Positions 57,894 through 64,000 of a DNA stretch of 64,000 nucleotides are shown here, piece after piece. The translations under genes were made by a program, and so were the position numbers. Under the pieces are notes generated by a model, which did no database searches, was not told the DNA's origin, and worked only from the letters and a program-made list of their open reading frames with translations. Location: positions 124,001-188,000 of IMG/VR virus record IMGVR_UViG_3300044638_006750, one strand, 5' to 3'. Positions within the stretch are counted from its first letter, which is position 1. Each line of letters starts with the position of its first letter.

Positions 57894-58833
57894 ATAATGA
57901 TTGATATATTTCTATAAATTCTTTAGATCTCGTTGGTAATACGTCTTCATTATTTATTAATTTTAACGTATTTCTATATCCAACAATTTCATTTTCTAAA
58001 TTTTTAATTAAGTCCTGAGGATTTCTATCTTGATAAACAGATGCCTTATTATATATAAGAGAATTTGGAAAAACTCTTTGTATAGTATAGGATGGCCATA
58101 TGTCATCCATTCTCCCAACATGAGGAAGAACATAATAGTGTTTCATTACAGATTTATGTAAAAATGTATTTTGGCTATTAAATGGAGATATGTTAGTGCT
58201 ACAATATGGTCTGGTAATATCAAATTTAACTAGTGGTTTATATGATAGTCTACACATAGCATCTATATCTGGATCCCCATCCCACAAATCAGCTTGAATC
58301 AATGGTTTAAGATGTGTTTTCCCTCTATATATAAAAGAATTTTTTTTCCATAAAAGCTCTATAGGAAATCCTCTGTGCCATAAATGAGGGTAGTTTGTTA
58401 CGGAAAGAGGATCGAATACGCCGCTGTCATTTTCATACAGATCACACTCTATAGTTTTATCTATATGTATGTCCGATGACCATGAATCATATGGTATATT
58501 ATCATCATCTACCGTAGCTATAATAGTATTATTAGTTTTTGATGCATATATAAATCCTATATTTCTTCTTTGAATAGAATTCCATCCTATATTATCTGAT
58601 AATTCTTTAAGAGAATATTCTTGTTCATCTGGATGTATATACTGAACAGCTTTTCCGTGTTCTTTAGCTAATTTTTGATATAGTTCATGTGGAGTTTTTT
58701 TATCTCCAACTATAAAAAATATATATTCTTTTTCTTGAGCAATTTTACAAAACTTTATAGTCGCCTCTGTTGGGCTATTGATTGTTGTGGTAACTATACT
58801 AATACTCATTTTTGATAAACGCTTTCTAGCCAT
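57886..58833 (-). CDS. STELLO/DUF288-like glycosyltransferase
   Basis: IVTTTIN.PT, VGDKKTP, RRNIGF, VDDDN, RGFP, GRMDDIW. Confidence 0.72.
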   Translation of the reverse strand: MARKRLSKMSISIVTTTINSPTEATIKFCKIAQEKEYIFFIVGDKKTPHELYQKLAKEHGKAVQYIHPDEQEYSLKELSDNIGWNSIQRRNIGFIYASKTNNTIIATVDDDNIPYDSWSSDIHIDKTIECDLYENDSGVFDPLSVTNYPHLWHRGFPIELLWKKNSFIYRGKTHLKPLIQADLWDGDPDIDAMCRLSYKPLVKFDITRPYCSTNISPFNSQNTFLHKSVMKHYYVLPHVGRMDDIWPSYTIQRVFPNSLIYNKASVYQDRNPQDLIKNLENEIVGYRNTLKLINNEDVLPTRSKEFIEIYQSLYE

Positions 58834-59777
58834 TTATATAGCTTAATAGTACCATCCTTAAGTGGGTAGTTTGGCTGCCATCCTAGTTTTTGTTTAATAA
58901 GAGTATTATCAGAATTTCTACCCTTGACACCCTCTGGACCAGGAATATTTTTAATAGTTAAATTTTTACCAGATATATCAATAATCATTTGAGTAAAATT
59001 ATTAATGCTAATCATTTCATCAGAACCTATATTCACAGGACCAGAAAAATTAGATCTGTTTAATCTAATAATGCCTTCCACACATTCGTCTACGTATAAA
59101 AATGACCTAGTTTGATTGCCACTACCCCAAATTTCAATAGTGGAATTATTGGGGGCTTCTAAAACTTTTCTGCATAGTGCTGCTGGAGATTTTTCCCTGC
59201 CCCCTTTGTATGTGCATTCTATACCAAAAATATTATGAAATCTAGCAACATGAATATTTAAACCAAAATTACGTTGGTATGCAAGATAAAGTCTTTCACT
59301 AAATAATTTCTCCCAGCCATACTCACTATCTGGTTCAGCAGGGTATGCTGAAGCTTCGTTGCATTTAGGATTGTCTGGATCTGTTTGATTATATGCTGGA
59401 TATGCACAAGCGCTGCTACTATAGAATAAAGATCCGACGCCATATTTATGAGCATACTTTGCAACCAACAGGTTTATAGATGCGGAGTTAGTCATAACAT
59501 TAGCGTCATTTTCTCCTGTAAAAATATATCCCGCGCCTCCCATATCAGCAGCTAATTGATATATTTCATCGAATGGTTTATTGTTGGAATCTAATAAAAC
59601 AGCTGATACAGTATCCTCGTCTGTAAGATCCCCTATAATAAATTCATCTGCTGGACTAATAGAATAAGCAGGATGGTGAAGATCGACACTACGAACCCAT
59701 AGTCCTTCAAGCTTTAGTCTTTTGACTAAATGAGATCCTATAAATCCTCCGCCTCCTAATACTAATGCAGTTTTCAT
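58806..59777 (-). CDS. GDP-mannose 3',5'-epimerase-like NAD-dependent epimerase
   Basis: GGGGFIG, LAADMGGAGYI, YSSSACAYP, SEYGWEK, RFHNIFG, GREKSPAALCRK. Confidence 0.88.
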   Translation of the reverse strand: MKTALVLGGGGFIGSHLVKRLKLEGLWVRSVDLHHPAYSISPADEFIIGDLTDEDTVSAVLLDSNNKPFDEIYQLAADMGGAGYIFTGENDANVMTNSASINLLVAKYAHKYGVGSLFYSSSACAYPAYNQTDPDNPKCNEASAYPAEPDSEYGWEKLFSERLYLAYQRNFGLNIHVARFHNIFGIECTYKGGREKSPAALCRKVLEAPNNSTIEIWGSGNQTRSFLYVDECVEGIIRLNRSNFSGPVNIGSDEMISINNFTQMIIDISGKNLTIKNIPGPEGVKGRNSDNTLIKQKLGWQPNYPLKDGTIKLYKWLESVYQK

Positions 59778-59786
59778 TATTTTTAT

Positions 59787-60344
59787 TTACTCCTTAATTA
59801 TGTACCAGCTGTGATCTAAAAAGGTTTTAAGCGAAGTATTTTTATTTAAAATAAACTCATCTATAGCTTGTTTGGTTCCTGGATGATCTATACTGTAATC
59901 ATGTCCAGCTAAAATACCACCACTTATTAGTTTTGGATACCAAACAGAAATGTCTGTTTTCACATTATCATAGTCATGATTACCATCTATATAAACCATA
60001 TCTATAGATTCATTTGCAAATCTAGAACAGGCTTTTGTTGATATGGTTTTTAACTTTTTACATCTGTTGTTTTTAATAAAATCTTCCAATCTAGCATCAA
60101 AAATTTTTTCATAGATCGGATTTTGGTTCCATGGATCGACACAATGTATAGAATGAATATTTTCAAAGCCAAGAAAAATAGTTGTGGATTCACCAAGGTG
60201 AGAACCTATTTCAACCAAATTATTAATATTGGGTTTATCTTTTAGTATACTATTTATCATACTAATTAGTCCAACAACTTGGCTAGACTCAGCATCTGAC
60301 CACCAAGGGAAAAATCGTACAGACATAATATAATTAGTGTCCAT
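59787..60344 (-). CDS. Class I SAM methyltransferase (Methyltransf_24-like)
   Basis: VEIGSHLGES, VDPW, YIDGNHDY, GGILAGHDY. Confidence 0.88.
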   Translation of the reverse strand: MDTNYIMSVRFFPWWSDAESSQVVGLISMINSILKDKPNINNLVEIGSHLGESTTIFLGFENIHSIHCVDPWNQNPIYEKIFDARLEDFIKNNRCKKLKTISTKACSRFANESIDMVYIDGNHDYDNVKTDISVWYPKLISGGILAGHDYSIDHPGTKQAIDEFILNKNTSLKTFLDHSWYIIKE

Positions 60345-60347
60345 GAT

Positions 60348-60590
60348 CTACCATTTTTCTATAGGACACTTTTGGTCGGCCCAGGCTAATTTATTTAGAA
60401 AATGTTTTTTATTTGATAAATTACAACCACATATGCCACATTGATTATTTACTCTGTCAAAATTTTCACAATATATACAAATATTCCATCTTCGATCTAT
60501 TTCAACCTGGGTTGATTTTGGAAAACCAGCCCATACATGAAACCACAAAGATTTAAGAAAGGTTGTTATTCTTAATAAGAGTATCGACAT
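60348..60590 (-). CDS. Cys-rich DUF6171-like protein
   Basis: RWNICIYCENFD..QCGICGC..KLAWADQKCPIEKW. Confidence 0.7.
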   Translation of the reverse strand: MSILLLRITTFLKSLWFHVWAGFPKSTQVEIDRRWNICIYCENFDRVNNQCGICGCNLSNKKHFLNKLAWADQKCPIEKW

Positions 60591-60810
60591 TTGTCTGGTT
60601 CTTTATAGGATAAAAGTTATTATCTTTATCTAGAGAATATAAGCTAGACTCCTGCACTATAGTATTAGGCTTAAACCAAGATGCACAGCCATTTTTTAGG
60701 TTTATACAATTTTTTTCGCCACTTTTTTTGAAATCTGCTGTTACAATATATAGATTATCTAAATAATTAAAGCAGTCTGCGTGTTTCAATTCCTCTATGT
60801 ATTTGTCCAT
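60553..60810 (-). CDS. Hypothetical protein
   Basis: 85-aa ORF. Confidence 0.6.
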   Translation of the reverse strand: MDKYIEELKHADCFNYLDNLYIVTADFKKSGEKNCINLKNGCASWFKPNTIVQESSLYSLDKDNNFYPIKNQTNVDTLIKNNNLS

Positions 60811-60820
60811 AAATTAGATC

Positions 60821-61033
60821 TTATCGATTGTACTTTCTCAGTTGTTCTTCCCAATCCTCCCACAGTTCGTCTTGGTTCATGTCTATTTTTTTAGATTTGA
60901 ATTCATTCTTGATTTTAATTTTTTTCTTGAATTCCTCATTCTCTTGTTTTTGGATTGGCAAACCCTTTTTCTTAAAAAAATTTTCTCTTCTTAAAGATTT
61001 TCTATCCTCATAATCTTTTTTATTTTTTGACAT
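60821..61033 (-). CDS. Small, highly charged hypothetical protein
   Basis: GGAG SD; K/E-rich. Confidence 0.6.
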   Translation of the reverse strand: MSKNKKDYEDRKSLRRENFFKKKGLPIQKQENEEFKKKIKIKNEFKSKKIDMNQDELWEDWEEQLRKYNR

Positions 61034-61084
61034 GACAAATCGAATTTTATCTCCCTAGCTATTGAAGTAAAGTGAACAACCAAT

Positions 61085-61112
61085 ATAGTACACCCAGACT
61101 GATGGTTGTCAA
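61085..61112 (-). promoter_or_regulatory. Leftward sigma70-like promoter
   Basis: TTGACA-N16-TACTAT with GGTG immediately before the -10. Confidence 0.7.
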
Positions 61113-61139
61113 TATCTTTTTTGTCTAGATTTTCTTTGC

Positions 61140-61169
61140 TTGACAGAGCTAAAAACGAGCTTATATATT
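61140..61169 (+). promoter_or_regulatory. Rightward sigma70-like promoter
   Basis: TTGACA-N16-TATATA or TTGACA-N18-TATATT. Confidence 0.55.
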
Positions 61170-61232
61170 ATGCAGGCCCGGTAAGATAACTTATAGGGTA
61201 TACTTTACCTCTAATACAATACAATCTATTAC

Positions 61233-62891
61233 ATGCATAATACAACTCTCGTTACGGGTATATGGGATCTTGGTAGGTCTGGACTAGAAGAGGGGTGGTC
61301 AAGGAAATTTGATCATTACGTAGACCACTTCAAGAGGCTGCTAGAAGCAACAAAAGACACGAATATGTGTGTTTTTATAGATCCTGAGCACGAAAAGATA
61401 GTATGGGATGTACGAGATAAAAGCAACACAGCAGTCATTAATCAATCTGCAAAATCATTTAACAGTAGTTTTTTTCCATTTTTTGATAAAGTACAATCTA
61501 TAAGAACCAATCCAGACTGGTATAATCAGGTTGGATGGCTTAAAGAAAGCACACAAGCTAAAATGGAATGGTATAATCCGATGGTTATGAGCAAAATGTT
61601 CATGCTGCATAACGCTAAATGCTATAACATATTCAATACAGACTATTATTTTTGGATAGATGGAGGTATAACTAATACTATACATCCTGGATATTTTTAT
61701 CATGACAAAGTAATAGAAAAAATAGAACAATTAGTTAATAAATTCTTGTTCGTATGTTTTCCATATGAAACAAATAGCGAAATACATGGTTTTAAGATAG
61801 ATGCCATGAAAAAATTCGCACAATCAGAAATTGTCAATAGGGTTGCAAGAGGAGGATTTTTTGGTGGACATAAAGAATTTATATCATATGCAAATGATAT
61901 GTATTATGGTCTTCTAAGAGACTCATTGAACGAAGGGTTGATGGGAACCGAAGAAAGTATTTTTACATTAATGACTTATCTTGATCCTGAAGTTTTTCAG
62001 GTAGAAATGATTAATGATAATGGTTTGCTTGGTACATTTTTTGAAAATGTGAAGGACAATAAAACAGAATTAGCTAAAAGTATTAGTCCTAAAAAAGTAT
62101 CTCATAAAAATAATGATATTATAGTATATATTAATGCTTTCAATTCTCCAGAGCAACTACAAATGGTTTGCGATTCTTTTGAAAAGAACGATAAAGCCTT
62201 TTTAACAGACACTAAAATTTATCTTATTAATAATACCACAAAAGAAGAACTATTTCCTATATACGATAAAATATCAGAAAAATATGGTTTTACAGAAATA
62301 AGGAAAGGCAATATTGGGGTTTGTGGAGGTAGGCAACTAGCCGCCGAACACTTCGCTGAGTTGGGTGCAAAATATATGTTATTTTTTGAAGATGATATGT
62401 TGGTTGATAGTGGAGAAAATAGATATTGTAAATTTGGTTTTAGAAAAAATATTAGCAATTTATTAAAAAACTCTATCTCTATTATGGATATAGAGAACTA
62501 TGATTTTTTGAAGTTAACATTTAGTGAGTTTTATGGTAATAATTCAGAACAATGGGCGTGGCATAATGTGCCAGGAGAGAGGAAAATAGAATACTTTGGA
62601 AATATAAAAAAAAGACCACAAACAAAGTTTTCTTCTATAAAAACATTTAACGGTATTCCATATGCAGAGGGAGAGATTTACTATTCCAACTGGCCTCATA
62701 TTATATCTCAGGACGGAAACAAGAAAATGTTTCTAGACACTACATGGGCGCATCCTTTTGAACAGACATGGATGAGCCATATTTATACATTAACAAGAGA
62801 AAACCAAGTTAAGCCTGCAATTCTTTTAGCTAGTCCAATAACACATAATAGGGTGCATTTCTATGAAGCGTCAGAGAGGAAAGAAAACTGA
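61233..62891 (+). CDS. HtrL/YibB (WlaTC)-like domain + GT-A domain fusion
   Basis: TTLVTGIWDLGR, SKMFML, FWIDGG, GGFFGG, GTEE; C-terminal LFFEDD. Confidence 0.72.
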   Translation: MHNTTLVTGIWDLGRSGLEEGWSRKFDHYVDHFKRLLEATKDTNMCVFIDPEHEKIVWDVRDKSNTAVINQSAKSFNSSFFPFFDKVQSIRTNPDWYNQVGWLKESTQAKMEWYNPMVMSKMFMLHNAKCYNIFNTDYYFWIDGGITNTIHPGYFYHDKVIEKIEQLVNKFLFVCFPYETNSEIHGFKIDAMKKFAQSEIVNRVARGGFFGGHKEFISYANDMYYGLLRDSLNEGLMGTEESIFTLMTYLDPEVFQVEMINDNGLLGTFFENVKDNKTELAKSISPKKVSHKNNDIIVYINAFNSPEQLQMVCDSFEKNDKAFLTDTKIYLINNTTKEELFPIYDKISEKYGFTEIRKGNIGVCGGRQLAAEHFAELGAKYMLFFEDDMLVDSGENRYCKFGFRKNISNLLKNSISIMDIENYDFLKLTFSEFYGNNSEQWAWHNVPGERKIEYFGNIKKRPQTKFSSIKTFNGIPYAEGEIYYSNWPHIISQDGNKKMFLDTTWAHPFEQTWMSHIYTLTRENQVKPAILLASPITHNRVHFYEASERKEN

Positions 62892-64000
62892 TAATTTGAT
62901 TTTTGTACAGATAGCGTCATATCGTGATCCAGAGCTATTGAATACTCTAAGAGATATGATTAATAATGCTGTACATCCAGAAAATCTTAGAATCGGTATC
63001 GCTTGGCAGCATAGCGATGCAGACAGTTGGGATAAACTTGATGAATTTAAAGATGATTCTAGGTTTAGAATTCTAGACATCAATTACAAAGACTCTAAGG
63101 GTGTTTGTTGGGCGAGAAATGCCGTTCAACAACTATATGATGGAGAAAAGTACACCCTACAACTAGATTCACACCATAGATTTGCAAAAGACTGGGATAA
63201 AACTTTAATAGATATGCTAGTAGGACTACAAAAGGAAGGCTATGCAAAGCCCCTTATTACTGCATATATACCTAGTTTTGATCCAGAACATGATCCGGAA
63301 AAAAGGGTTCAAGAACCATGGAAAATGAATTTCGATAGATTCATACCCGAGGGCGCAATATTCTTTTTGCCAGCATCTCTTGAATCTTTCAACGATAAGG
63401 ATAGACCTATTAAGGGAAGATTCTATTCTGCTCATTTTGCTTTTACTGTTGGAGAATTTTGTAAAGAAGTTCCACATGATCCTAATTACTACTTTCATGG
63501 AGAAGAAATTAGCATAGCAGTTAGAGCATATACTCATGGTTATGATATATTTCATCCTCATAAAGTTGTTTGCTGGCACGAATATACTAGAAAAGGCAGA
63601 TCAAAACAATGGGACGATGATCCTGTTTGGCCTCAAAGAAATAATGATTCTCATATGAGAAACAGAAAGTTGTTCGAAATGGACGGATTAACAAATGATA
63701 TTGATTTTGGTCCATGGGGTTTTGGTAAAAAGCGTACAGTAGCAGATTATGAGAAATATGCAGGTATATCGTTTAAGAAAAGAGCTGTACAAAGATACAC
63801 ATTAGACCATAAAGAGCCGCCAAATCCAACTTATGCCACAGAAGAAGAATATCAAAAATCATTTCTGAATATCTTCAAGCACTGTATTGATATTGGCTAT
63901 TCTCAAGTACCCGAAACAGATTATGATTTCTGGTGTGTTGCATTTAAAGATGAAAATGGTCAGGATCTTTATAGACAAGATGCTGATGAAGCAGAAATTG
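62863..64000 (+). CDS. GT60/PF11397-like polypeptide GlcNAc-transferase; open to the window end, absent from the ORF track
   Basis: Manual translation from ATG 62863 is stop-free: IFVQIASYRDPEL, GIAWQ, SKGVCWARN, LQLDSHHRF, FHGEEISIAVRAYTHGYDIFHP. Confidence 0.85.
   Translation, partial: MKRQRGKKTDNLIFVQIASYRDPELLNTLRDMINNAVHPENLRIGIAWQHSDADSWDKLDEFKDDSRFRILDINYKDSKGVCWARNAVQQLYDGEKYTLQLDSHHRFAKDWDKTLIDMLVGLQKEGYAKPLITAYIPSFDPEHDPEKRVQEPWKMNFDRFIPEGAIFFLPASLESFNDKDRPIKGRFYSAHFAFTVGEFCKEVPHDPNYYFHGEEISIAVRAYTHGYDIFHPHKVVCWHEYTRKGRSKQWDDDPVWPQRNNDSHMRNRKLFEMDGLTNDIDFGPWGFGKKRTVADYEKYAGISFKKRAVQRYTLDHKEPPNPTYATEEEYQKSFLNIFKHCIDIGYSQVPETDYDFWCVAFKDENGQDLYRQDADEAEI

Noticed and set aside
1-64000. 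Stop-codon reassignment, prompted by the in-frame TAA at 12771
   Set aside because: TAA, TAG and TGA all terminate well-conserved genes at their expected C-termini, and coding density is high under code 11.
1-64000. tRNA/rRNA genes, IS elements, integrase
   Set aside because: Intergenic gaps are short and AT-rich with no cloverleaf-like sequence, and no transposase or integrase motifs were seen.

Overview
A 64-kb fragment of a large, AT-rich (roughly 30% GC by eye, not computed) tailed dsDNA phage using the standard genetic code; I found no tRNA, rRNA, CRISPR array or integrase. Layout: (1) 1-6016 (+): putative virion genes, including a 695-aa mucin-like PTxT-repeat protein. (2) 6018-61033 (-): a long, largely translationally coupled block containing a diverged glycosyltransferase operon, a replication/recombination module (SSB, DnaE split into two genes around a DEDDh exonuclease, RecB/Cas4-like nuclease, dNMP kinase, primase, DnaB, RecA), nucleotide metabolism (PhoH, dUTPase, class II RNR, dCMP deaminase, GMP reductase, nucleoside deoxyribosyltransferase-like), a putative lysis/virion region with a papain-like peptidase, ClpP, a sigma factor, two apparent pseudoenzymes (DeoC-like, bacterioferritin-like) and a ~16-kb glycan biosynthesis/modification cluster. 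(3) 61233-64000 (+): an HtrL-like/GT fusion and a GT60-like polypeptide GlcNAc-transferase that is absent from the ORF track. The leading hypothesis is a phage-encoded mucin-type O-glycosylation system. All family assignments come from motif recognition, not database searches.
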